Source of the DNA: Candidatus Parcubacteria bacterium
GTDB taxonomy: Bacteria > Patescibacteriota > Minisyncoccia > Phycocordibacterales > UBA6065
DNA: 64,000 nucleotides
Direction: 5' to 3'
Assembly: GCA_039796155.1 (NCBI GenBank)
Contig: JBDKKJ010000002.1
Coordinates: 97,161 to 161,160, forward strand
Position numbers and translations under genes: made by a program. Shown one piece after another: positions 45,450 through 53,378 of the stretch. The notes beneath the pieces were generated by a model. It was not told the origin of the DNA, did not search any database, and saw only the letters and a program-made list of their open reading frames with translations. Position 1 is the first letter of the stretch. Each line of letters opens with the position of its first letter.

Positions 45450-46094
45450 ATGACAACTCCCACTGCTACTCCTGATACTGCTCCTGCTGCTCCGGTTTCA
45501 GTCTTCTCGGAGATCGATCTGAGCGGCGCCGGCAGCATCAACGTTCTACTCCTGAAGTTCACGTTCACAAATGCTAAGCGGATTCCGCCAGGCATCGAAG
45601 AGCGGAAGCGCGACAGCGACTTCACCTTAGACATGAAGCGCGCATCGGCCCATGGCATGCAGCACTTCGGTGCTGTCCGCCAGGGTCGTTTCGACAACGG
45701 TAAGCCCGTGGTTGAAGTGAAGAACGGTATCTGTGCTCGGACGCTCCGCAAGAGCCTCCGTAACACAGGCGCTACTCCGCTCAAAGCGCACTGGTTCCAG
45801 AAGACGGACGGCAAAGTTGTTGTCGTCCTTGAGTATGCCCTTCCTGGGCATAAGTTTTGGGGAGAGCCTGCGGAATTTCCACCGGCTACCCTCGAAGCGA
45901 TTCGGGCCTTGGCCCGTTTCTCCTGGCAGTTCTGCCAGATCTATAAGAACACTCCCCAGGCGACTGGGAAGGAGAATGGAACCATCACGGTGAACTTCGG
46001 TGGGCTTCAACCCGAGAACCAAGCGGTTAAAAACATGCTCGAAGTCGAAGGCCATCAGTTGATGGTCACTCCGTTCGCGGAGTCCACGGACTGA
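45450..46094 (+). CDS. Orphan A: 214-aa GC-rich hypothetical protein, no recognisable domain
   Basis: ATG 45450 (track start 45432 is TTG). MTTPTATPDTAPAAPVSVFSEIDLSGAGSINVLLLKFTFTNAKRIPPGIEERKRD.. 56% GC in the first 100 nt versus 35% for the first 100 nt of adjacent pyk (hand counts). The ORF fills the promoter-to-terminator interval. Confidence 0.6.
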   Translation: MTTPTATPDTAPAAPVSVFSEIDLSGAGSINVLLLKFTFTNAKRIPPGIEERKRDSDFTLDMKRASAHGMQHFGAVRQGRFDNGKPVVEVKNGICARTLRKSLRNTGATPLKAHWFQKTDGKVVVVLEYALPGHKFWGEPAEFPPATLEAIRALARFSWQFCQIYKNTPQATGKENGTITVNFGGLQPENQAVKNMLEVEGHQLMVTPFAESTD

Positions 46095-46118
46095 TTGTCC
46101 GAGACTCGGAACGGGATA

Positions 46119-46146
46119 GGGCGCTTCTCACGAAGCGCCCTTTCTT
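46119..46146 (+). terminator. Intrinsic terminator of orphan A
   Basis: gggcgcttc-tcac-gaagcgccc followed by tttctt. Confidence 0.7.
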
Positions 46147-46152
46147 ATTGTA

Positions 46153-46180
46153 TTGACAATACTATAAATTATGCTATAAT
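46153..46180 (+). promoter_or_regulatory. Consensus promoter TTGACA-16-TATAAT (orphan B)
   Basis: tattgaca atactataaattatgc tataat. It shares TATTGACA(g)ATACTATA with the orphan A promoter. Confidence 0.7.
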
Positions 46181-46208
46181 ATTATTTGTAAGCTCGTTAA
46201 CACTCCTT

Positions 46209-46252
46209 CGATGAGAGCCACCAAAGATTTGATGCTTTGATGGCTCTCATCG
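46209..46252 (+). promoter_or_regulatory. 17-bp interrupted hairpin in the roughly 120-nt 5' leader of orphan B
   Basis: cgatgagagcca-c-caaag-atttgatg-ctttg-a-tggctctcatcg. Confidence 0.5.
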
Positions 46253-46309
46253 AGCATCTCGTAGCAACAGCTACGGGATTCACCCAATACATTGACAGGA
46301 AATACCACA

Positions 46310-47011
46310 ATGAGTAAACAACCTCAGGCTGCGAACTTCGCAGTTAGGCAGACTTCCGGTAACGGCAAGTCTTTAGTTAAACGGTCGGGCGCACACGCTC
46401 CTGACCTTAACCGCAATCCGCTTACGCGGGAGGCAATCTCGTTCTACGAGAAGCATGGAGCATTGAAGAAGGATGTATATCCCATTCGGTGCTACGTGGC
46501 TGCAGAGATGCTCCGTCGTCTAGCGATGGCACTGGGACGACAAATCACCGTCGAGGATCTCAGGCTCTTCATCGGACTTGAGCTCACGACGGCGACATGC
46601 AAGATCAGCGGGCAGAATTTTCAACCTGTCTGGTGGGCGATTATCACACAGCAGCTCATCGACTGTGCTGCGCGAGACAAGAAAATCGACAATGGTCTGA
46701 TTGTCAAAGTTGGCTGCTTCTACATGACGCGGAATACCGGTTCGGATGAGATTCTTGTCTTTTCCGGGTATCCCTATTCATGGGGTTATGGCCACCAAGA
46801 CAAGCCTGCGGAAGACAATCCTCTCATAATTGGTTACACGACCAATAAAGAACGGTGGGGTCTTCCTCTCGAAAAAGTAAACGAGATGATTGTGACGCGC
46901 AGGCAGGAGCGCGCCGGGAAAGCATTCGTGCCGGCGGTGAAAAAAGGAGAAGCAGGATTTGCTACCCTGGGAGAGTTCTTTAAGCCAAGCAAAAAACTCC
47001 GTGGGCAGTAA
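46310..47011 (+). CDS. Orphan B: 233-aa GC-rich hypothetical protein, no recognisable domain
   Basis: ATG 46310 (track start 46292 is TTG). MSKQPQAANFAVRQTSGNGKSLVKRSGAHAPDLNRNPLTREAISFYEKHG... 52% GC in the first 100 nt (hand count). Confidence 0.6.
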   Translation: MSKQPQAANFAVRQTSGNGKSLVKRSGAHAPDLNRNPLTREAISFYEKHGALKKDVYPIRCYVAAEMLRRLAMALGRQITVEDLRLFIGLELTTATCKISGQNFQPVWWAIITQQLIDCAARDKKIDNGLIVKVGCFYMTRNTGSDEILVFSGYPYSWGYGHQDKPAEDNPLIIGYTTNKERWGLPLEKVNEMIVTRRQERAGKAFVPAVKKGEAGFATLGEFFKPSKKLRGQ

Positions 47012-47025
47012 AAAGCCTTAAGGGC

Positions 47026-47056
47026 AAAAAGGGCGTTACCTCGGTGACGCCCTTTA
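47026..47056. terminator. Bidirectional terminator between orphan B (+) and truD (-)
   Basis: aaaaagggcgttacc-tc-ggtgacgcccttt. Confidence 0.65.
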
Positions 47057-47069
47057 GAATTTTGTAAAT

Positions 47070-48446
47070 TTAGATCAACTCCGTTTCCTTGTTCATGTTT
47101 TCTAATTTTCTGAATATATCTACAGTGCGAGCGCGCTCTGGATTTGAGGATACTAGGGAACCTTCTATTTTATCTGTCGACATGCCATCAGGCAGACAGT
47201 CTCCTATGATATTTATATGGTGGGACAGAAAAGTCGTCGCATAGGCTCCCTTTGGCAAGCTGAACGAGATGAATGATCCTTGTGCAGCATGGCGCACTTC
47301 GATGTTTTTGGCAGTCTCGGTGGTTTGAACCATGCGGTGAGCGAGTCTTATGAATGGCAGAGGTTTGAGATTCTGAAACGGAGGTGGAAATATACCCAAA
47401 GACTGGAGCTCTGCTCGGTAGGTATCAATATCTCGACGCTCGTTAGAGAAAATGAGCGGTAAGTGGGATGGAGGTTGCATGCCTGTTTGTATGTAGCTTG
47501 ATATCTTCTCATTAAAGAGGAGAGATGAAAGACCGTAGAGCCAGAGCTGGACTTGATCAGGGATTGTGCTGAGCGCGCCGCTATAGTCGGTCGGATGCTT
47601 CACCAAATGATCAAGGATCGGAGCCTCGCAAATCATGATATTAAGGATCGGTTCAAAGACATTTCTTACTTCAGCCCAGGTTTTCTTTGTTTTTGCCTCA
47701 ACACGGAGATTTGATATGAAAGGAAGTTCGCGAGGCTGTACATCGAACATGAGACTTCTAACTGTTTGTTCGTAGTTACCCCGGAGAAGCTCGTAACCCC
47801 AGAGATAGTTTATAAGACGGGGACTACCAAATCTTTGCAGGTAGAAGAAGTTATAAAAAGCTTCGCTCTCTTTTGGTTCGATGTCGAGAGTGGCTCCTGG
47901 ATTCATGCGGACAAATATGCCGAAACGATTTCCATTCAGGTTAGTCATGCTAATTACACCTTTTCCGCGGAAAACGTCTTTGAGGAAATAGAATGGAGAA
48001 GCAATCTGTTTGAGTTTTTCTTCGTCGCAACCGCGTATTGATATACGTTGAGAGGTGATAGCGTGCTTATCTTTAATACCCGCATATCCGATTGAGCGTT
48101 CGGGCACATTAAGCTTCTCAGCCAACTCTTTTATGACTTCGAGAGTAGAGAGGCCACATTTTACCAAAGTCGCGTATATTGTTTCACCTTCGCCAGGAAT
48201 AGTAGCGTTGTTTTCAAGGACGTCCTGATAATCTATCGTTTGAACTTTATTTTCTGTATCTATCTCCTCGACGATAAAGTCTTCTGGATAAAGCTTCATG
48301 TATCCATTCGGAAATGATTCCTTGCCGGGAATACGAATACCGAATCGTTGCACGTCCCGAGCGTCTTCGATAAAAGATTTTTTATGAAAAAGTTCGGGTG
48401 TTTCTGCGATTGTCTTTTTAATGATGGGGTTGTTGCGATTGATCAT
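47070..48446 (-). CDS. truD: tRNA pseudouridine synthase TruD/Pus7 family (long form)
   Basis: ..GYAGIKDKHAITSQRISI.. (TruD GxKDxxAxTxQ motif) and ..YFLNYFGxQRFG-like YLQRFGSPRL.. Start re-called at ATG 48446, giving an ATGA overlap with the upstream stop (track start 48464 is GTG). Confidence 0.75.
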   Translation of the reverse strand: MINRNNPIIKKTIAETPELFHKKSFIEDARDVQRFGIRIPGKESFPNGYMKLYPEDFIVEEIDTENKVQTIDYQDVLENNATIPGEGETIYATLVKCGLSTLEVIKELAEKLNVPERSIGYAGIKDKHAITSQRISIRGCDEEKLKQIASPFYFLKDVFRGKGVISMTNLNGNRFGIFVRMNPGATLDIEPKESEAFYNFFYLQRFGSPRLINYLWGYELLRGNYEQTVRSLMFDVQPRELPFISNLRVEAKTKKTWAEVRNVFEPILNIMICEAPILDHLVKHPTDYSGALSTIPDQVQLWLYGLSSLLFNEKISSYIQTGMQPPSHLPLIFSNERRDIDTYRAELQSLGIFPPPFQNLKPLPFIRLAHRMVQTTETAKNIEVRHAAQGSFISFSLPKGAYATTFLSHHINIIGDCLPDGMSTDKIEGSLVSSNPERARTVDIFRKLENMNKETELI

Positions 48447-49327
48447 TTGCCTGTGATTATGCACGCGATTGCGCCGCTAAATGTTTTGCCAGAGGCACGA
48501 GCTTTGAGGAGGCCGGCGAGCGAGAGCGAGCCGTTACCAGTCGTGTCTATACCAGCTTTTTCCTTTAACATTTTTTGAGCAGAAGAGATGTAAGAATTTT
48601 CTGCGATAAAGGCACCGCCACCAGTTTTAATGAGCGCTTCTGAAAGAGCGGTTTTACGGTGGGCGACACGATCGACGATTGCGTCTGCCAAAGAAATCTC
48701 TTTTGGAAGTGAGGTGGCAGAAGTATCGAAATCACTAGCTAATGGCGCAGTTTCAGTTGTCTGTACGATAAAGACAGAAACAGCCTTCTTGAGCCTTAAA
48801 AAGTGCTCTGAAAGGGCCTGTGCGGTCGTTCCTGACGAGGAAGCTATAAAGACAGTAGAAAGCTCAGGAATGGCCAAAAGCTCCTCTGCAAGGGCCCTGT
48901 AACCAACAAGAGCACTATCATCAGTCGACTGACGGAGGCTTGCAATTTTAGTGCCTTTTATGAGATTTAAAAGTGACTGAAGTGGCCGTTCTGTTTCTGT
49001 AAGTGTGATACGTGGATCGGTAATTTCAGAGAGGAGCCAGTTCTTCTTTGAGGGGTTTATATTTTTTCCTACAAGGACAGAGAGGGTGAGTCCGCGGCCC
49101 TCGGTCGCGTTTAGTTTTACAATATACCGAACAGCGGCGAGGGCCGCATTCCCCGACGACGAAATAGCAAAATGCGTGATGCCCTGAGCAACCTGCTCAT
49201 CAATCATGTGTGGAATTGAGCGACCCTTGTGAGAACCAAGAGGATGGAGGTCCTCACGTTTAAAATAGAGTGCAGGGACTCCGATTTCCTGAGCTAGTTC
49301 TGGATGTGATGTCTGGGGCGTTACCAT
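48443..49327 (-). CDS. PLP-dependent fold-type II enzyme (threonine synthase-like)
   Basis: ..YFKREDLHPLGSHKGRS.. (PLP-Lys motif like ..NPTGSFKDRG..), ..AISSSGNAALAAV.., and the C-terminus ..ACIITGK. 294 aa. Confidence 0.55.
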   Translation of the reverse strand: MVTPQTSHPELAQEIGVPALYFKREDLHPLGSHKGRSIPHMIDEQVAQGITHFAISSSGNAALAAVRYIVKLNATEGRGLTLSVLVGKNINPSKKNWLLSEITDPRITLTETERPLQSLLNLIKGTKIASLRQSTDDSALVGYRALAEELLAIPELSTVFIASSSGTTAQALSEHFLRLKKAVSVFIVQTTETAPLASDFDTSATSLPKEISLADAIVDRVAHRKTALSEALIKTGGGAFIAENSYISSAQKMLKEKAGIDTTGNGSLSLAGLLKARASGKTFSGAIACIITGK

Positions 49328-49392
49328 GGTTGTATACTATCGTTTTTCGGCTATTATATAAAGGCTTACGAAATTTAATTTTTTATACATCT

Positions 49393-49557
49393 ATGAAATG
49401 CGTCTGCCCTGAATGTAAGAATGATATTGATGTTTCAAAGTATCCAAAGCTCGCTGTTGGACACGTTATTGAATGTACTACCTGCGGAATCATGCTCGAG
49501 GTTCGGGCGATGGAAGGCGGAGTAATCACTACGGAAATAGTAGACGAAGGTAAATAA
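49393..49557 (+). CDS. 54-aa zinc-ribbon protein, LysW-like architecture
   Basis: ATG re-called at 49393: MKCVCPECKNDIDVSKYPKLAVGHVIECTTCGIMLEVRAMEGGVITTEIVDEGK. CPEC..(17)..CTTCG..LEV is followed by an acidic tail, compared with the LysW pattern CPECG...GE...C.DCG..LEV....E. Confidence 0.4.
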   Translation: MKCVCPECKNDIDVSKYPKLAVGHVIECTTCGIMLEVRAMEGGVITTEIVDEGK

Positions 49558-49666
49558 AAAATCGCAAAGTACTTTTCTCGGGCACGCATATCCGTCTGCT
49601 GACGGATTGCTCTGCTCGGCCCGTCGGCCTGCGCAAGGCCCGAATAAAAGTACTTTGCGATTTTTT
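49556..49666. terminator. 111-nt branched palindromic element between convergent genes (bidirectional terminator or structured RNA)
   Basis: The outer stem is a perfect 21 bp (aaaaaatcgcaaagtactttt / aaaagtactttgcgatttttt) extended by tcgggc/gcccga. The GC-rich interior has sub-hairpins atccgt-ctgctg-acggat and ggcc-cgtc-ggcc. Confidence 0.5.
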
Positions 49667-49669
49667 AAT

Positions 49670-51073
49670 TTACTTCAGCGCCAATTTCTTTATCGTTTCC
49701 TCAATCATTCCGCGGAATCCGTGTGAACCAAGAAAGGCGATTACGTCACCCTCGTTTCGTGCGAGAACAAGGAAGTCTACGAGTGCCTCGTCATCATCAA
49801 TGTAGTGAACGTCTTTATGGCTTTCGAGAATTGTTTCTGCGAGCTCATCTCCTTCGAATGTTTTTTCAGGATTTGCGGTATCTACTTTGAGTTTTGAAAG
49901 ACGGGGGATAACAACCGTATCGGCATCCTTAAATGCATGTTCGTAAGCTGGCTTTGACTGAGGTGTTCGGTTTCCAATATTTGGCTCGTATACAGCAACA
50001 ATGAGACCAGAATAGATTGAGCGAAGGTTTGCAAGAACTGACTTTGCTTTTTCTGGGCTGTGCGCAATGTCATCGATAACTGTCACTTTATTCTCATAAC
50101 GCTTTTCGAGGCGGCGCTTCATTCCAAGAAAGCTTTTTACACCATCGCTGATATCGCCCGGAGCAATACCCGCAACATGTGCCATGGCAAAACAACCAGT
50201 AATGTTTTCAGCGTTGTATGCGCCAAGGAGGGGACATTCAATGTTGTAAGTTTTGCCGTGGTAGATAATATCGAAAGCGATTCCTGTTGGTGTTGAGACT
50301 ACTTTTTCATAACGATAGTCAGCATTCTTATCTTTACCGTAGCTCACGTACTCACGCTTTGCAGACTTTAATAGCTTCGGCAATGTTTCTGTATCGAGAC
50401 ATGCAACAACCACGCCATCTTTAGGAACCATGGTGATGAGTTCCTTGAACGCATTGAAATACTCTTGTTCAGTAGGATAAAGGTCGGCATGATCCCACTT
50501 TACTGCCGTAAGGAGAAGGTGGGTTGGTTTGTAGTGGAAAAACTTTGCGCGCTTGTCCCACTTTGCTGTTGAATATTCATCACCTTCAACAATAGACCAG
50601 TCACCAGTATCGACAGCCGCTGACGGTGCACCGTCCTGAGTAAGTCCTCCAACCATGTATGAAGGTTTCTTGCCTGTATGTTTAAAGATATGAGAGAGAA
50701 GTGCGCTCGATGTTGTCTTGCCATATGTTCCTGATACAACAATCGAATGTTTCTGGATAAGGTATTCACCGGTTACTTCAGGGAAAGATTTAAAAGGAAT
50801 GTTGTGCTCCTTTGCATACAGAAGTTCCGGATTGTTTGATGACGCAGCATTTCCTACAACAACAAAGTCAGGCACACCACCTTCAATCATTTTTTCAGGA
50901 TGCCATCCAGAGTAATAAGGAATACCGAGTGTAGTGAGGTGGGTTGAAATAGGTGGAAAGAAACCGGCATCAGAACCAGTTACTTTAAAACCTTTTTGCC
51001 AGAGAGCTGTCGCTACGGCTGACATTGCCACGCCGCAGATGCCTATAAAATGGACTTTTTTCGGGGTATTCAT
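49670..51073 (-). CDS. Mur ligase family: Mpl-like / MurC-like UDP-N-acetylmuramate ligase
   Basis: ..VHFIGICGVAMSAVATALWQKGFKVTGSDAGFFPPIS..VVVGNAASSNNPE..SGTYGKTTSSAL.. The N-terminus resembles Mpl (..GSDANVYPPMS..GNA..RGNP..) more than MurC. Confidence 0.7.
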   Translation of the reverse strand: MNTPKKVHFIGICGVAMSAVATALWQKGFKVTGSDAGFFPPISTHLTTLGIPYYSGWHPEKMIEGGVPDFVVVGNAASSNNPELLYAKEHNIPFKSFPEVTGEYLIQKHSIVVSGTYGKTTSSALLSHIFKHTGKKPSYMVGGLTQDGAPSAAVDTGDWSIVEGDEYSTAKWDKRAKFFHYKPTHLLLTAVKWDHADLYPTEQEYFNAFKELITMVPKDGVVVACLDTETLPKLLKSAKREYVSYGKDKNADYRYEKVVSTPTGIAFDIIYHGKTYNIECPLLGAYNAENITGCFAMAHVAGIAPGDISDGVKSFLGMKRRLEKRYENKVTVIDDIAHSPEKAKSVLANLRSIYSGLIVAVYEPNIGNRTPQSKPAYEHAFKDADTVVIPRLSKLKVDTANPEKTFEGDELAETILESHKDVHYIDDDEALVDFLVLARNEGDVIAFLGSHGFRGMIEETIKKLALK

Positions 51074-51116
51074 AGTAGAAGTCCTATTCTAAGCCATTCG
51101 TTACGAATTTAAAAGC

Positions 51117-51539
51117 TTATTCGTGATGATATTTTTCGTTTTTAAGAATAGTGAACGCTCGGTAGAGTTGTTCGAGGAAAATGACGCGTACAAGGTCGTG
51201 AGGGAAAGTCATCTTTGAGAGGGCAATTGTCCCATCAGCAAGGTCGCGAACTGCCTGTGTAAATCCAAATGGTCCGCCAACAACAAAAGCCAAACTCTTT
51301 GGACTCATGTTTAACTGTTTTTCAATAAATTGAGAGAGTTCCATTGAAGTATATTCACGACCCTTTTCATCGAGGAGGTAGACTCGTTCAAATTTCTCTA
51401 AAGTTTTCTCGAGTTTGTCGTCCGTTGTTTCAATGAATTCAAAAGGGCTGTAACGGCTAATACGTCCCGCATAATCTTTAATAGATTCCTGGAGTTCTTT
51501 GATATTTGTTTTACCAACGGTTACGAGTGCAATTTTCAT
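51117..51539 (-). CDS. rlmH: 23S rRNA (pseudouridine1915-N3)-methyltransferase RlmH
   Basis: MKIALVTVGK.... ..FVVGGPFGFT...ALSKMTFPHDLVRVIFLEQLYRAFTILKNEKYHHE matches the RlmH C-terminus (..IGG.G......LSLS.MT.PH...R..L.EQ.YRA..I....YH.). Confidence 0.85.
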   Translation of the reverse strand: MKIALVTVGKTNIKELQESIKDYAGRISRYSPFEFIETTDDKLEKTLEKFERVYLLDEKGREYTSMELSQFIEKQLNMSPKSLAFVVGGPFGFTQAVRDLADGTIALSKMTFPHDLVRVIFLEQLYRAFTILKNEKYHHE

Positions 51540-51540
51540 A

Positions 51541-52194
51541 TTATTTGAGGATATCTCGTAATGGTGTCGTATCTACCTGCCACGTTTGTCCATCAAACCA
51601 TTCGCCTCCAAGAAATTGGAGCTTGTAGGTGTCAGATGTGCGTTGTAGTGAGCCAAGGTACACATATTCTTTACCTTTTGTTTTCGCCCATTCAATGAGT
51701 TGTGTCATCATGCCAAGTCCTCGCGAAGGTTCTGTTTCATCTTCAATATAAAAAGGGAAGCTGTAGTGAATCGCGTGATCTGTTTCAACGCAGATGACGT
51801 AACCTACAACCTGTTCAGTTTTTGCATTGGTAAAGACGAGGAGCTTATTAAAGTTTGTCTTCTCACCATCGGTGAGTATTTCTTTTGCTTTATTTGCAGA
51901 AAAAACATTGTCACCAAATTTTTCATAAAAGTCCTTTGCGAGCTTTCCGATGCGCCATGAGTAGTCGGCATAGGGGATTGGCTTTACCACAAGATACATG
52001 TGTTCTGATTTACGAAGGATTCGACGGTTCTCGCTTGAGCTTGTGTACGCGTTGAGATTCACACGAAAGCTTCGCGTCCTATTCATCACACCTTTATCTA
52101 CACGGGTAAAGACATAGCCGGCATCGTACATTTTCTCGATGTTCACTGAAGAAAAGTCAGTAATTATTTTAGTATCCCAGTTGAGGTATGTCAT
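51541..52194 (-). CDS. Arginyl/leucyl-tRNA--protein transferase-like (Ate1/Bpt family, GNAT fold) protein
   Basis: Start re-called at ATG 52194, 4 nt after the mraY stop (track start 52239 is TTG). ..MYDAGYVFTRV....RSFRVNL..YTSSSENRRILRK.. and ..VVGYVICVETDHAIHYSFPFY....SRGLGMMTQLIEWAKTKGKEYVYLGS......YKLQF.GGEW.. parallel the ATE_N/ATE_C motifs. Confidence 0.45.
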   Translation of the reverse strand: MTYLNWDTKIITDFSSVNIEKMYDAGYVFTRVDKGVMNRTRSFRVNLNAYTSSSENRRILRKSEHMYLVVKPIPYADYSWRIGKLAKDFYEKFGDNVFSANKAKEILTDGEKTNFNKLLVFTNAKTEQVVGYVICVETDHAIHYSFPFYIEDETEPSRGLGMMTQLIEWAKTKGKEYVYLGSLQRTSDTYKLQFLGGEWFDGQTWQVDTTPLRDILK

Positions 52195-52198
52195 AGGT

Positions 52199-53332
52199 TT
52201 AGTGAAGTCCAATCCAGACTCCGAGAAGGACGAATCCAAAATGGATTATCCAGAGACGCATAATTGTTTTTTCTTCGCTCCATCCGCAAAGTTCGAGATG
52301 GTGGTGAAGAGGTGCCATACGGAATACTCGTCGACCGAATACGTGGCGACCAATTGTTTGAATAATAACTGTGATAGCTTCGGCGTAGAACATGAAAGCA
52401 ATAAAAGGAAGGATGGCCATTGAGTTTACGGCAAGGGCATTAATCGCAAGTAGAGCTCCAAGCCCAAGGGAACCAACGTCACCCATTTGGAATCTTGCAG
52501 GTTTTATATTGAAGTAGGTATATGAAATCAACGACCCGGCAGTAACTGCATTGAGAACCGCGAGTGCATCGTAGCCAGATATCCAAGCCAAAAAAGAAAG
52601 CGCACCGAATGTAGGAATCAGCATTCCACCAGCAAGTCCATCCATGCCATCAGAAATATTTACGGCATTAGCGGTAAACATCACGATAAGAATGATAAGT
52701 GGAACAATCAAAATGCCGATACTGATGTAGCCATGGAAGGGAACATAAATGTCCTGCCACGCTTCACCGAGTTTGTAATAAATCCACCATGCAGAAACCG
52801 CACCGGCGGCAAACTGCAGGAGAAGTTTCTCGTGAACGAGGACGCCGGTGCGCTGCTTTGAACCAAAAATAGTTGTTGCTCGCTTAAAAAGTGTCCACGG
52901 AAATGTGATTACAAACCACGCTTTTACATACCAGCGTTTATGAACACGAATAAGTGTAACGACCTGAGCAAGTGATCTCTGTCGTCGCTCACCTCCAAAG
53001 ATATTAAGCAGATCATCAATTGCTCCAAGAAGAGAGGCGATGACGAGTACTCCAATTGGCACCCATGTGTACTGGCGGTCCCAGTTAAAGAAATAGGTGG
53101 TGATAATAATAGTGGCAATCACAAGAATACCTCCCATGATCGGTGTATTCATTTTTTCAGGATGTGCATCGAGTACGAGTGATTGTGCGCTTACACTCTT
53201 TCGTGCGATACCATATCTACGAAGTATTTTAATGAGGAGCGGAGCACACAAAAGGCTTGCAACAGCTGATGCTATGGCAAAACCAAGAATATGGGTAAGG
53301 CTCTCAATCTGAGAGGGCAAGAAATCTGTCAT
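52199..53332 (-). CDS. mraY: Phospho-N-acetylmuramoyl-pentapeptide transferase MraY
   Basis: ..KMNTPIMGGIL.., ..LGAIDDLLNIFG.., ..NAVNISDGMDGLAGG.., ..MGDVGSLGLGA.., ..MAPLHHHLELCGWSE.. Start re-called at ATG 53332 (MTDFLPSQ..), which removes the overlap with the upstream gene. Confidence 0.9.
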   Translation of the reverse strand: MTDFLPSQIESLTHILGFAIASAVASLLCAPLLIKILRRYGIARKSVSAQSLVLDAHPEKMNTPIMGGILVIATIIITTYFFNWDRQYTWVPIGVLVIASLLGAIDDLLNIFGGERRQRSLAQVVTLIRVHKRWYVKAWFVITFPWTLFKRATTIFGSKQRTGVLVHEKLLLQFAAGAVSAWWIYYKLGEAWQDIYVPFHGYISIGILIVPLIILIVMFTANAVNISDGMDGLAGGMLIPTFGALSFLAWISGYDALAVLNAVTAGSLISYTYFNIKPARFQMGDVGSLGLGALLAINALAVNSMAILPFIAFMFYAEAITVIIQTIGRHVFGRRVFRMAPLHHHLELCGWSEEKTIMRLWIIHFGFVLLGVWIGLH

Positions 53333-53378
53333 AAAAGCAGTATAAAACAGTATGAGTAAAGTATAAAGCCTGTATCTT

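Noticed and set aside
45368-46055. Minus-strand ORFs of 148 and 142 aa inside the GC-rich island.
   Set aside because: Their Arg/Ser/Pro-rich translations are typical of the antisense frame of a GC-rich gene. The promoters and terminators are oriented for the plus strand.
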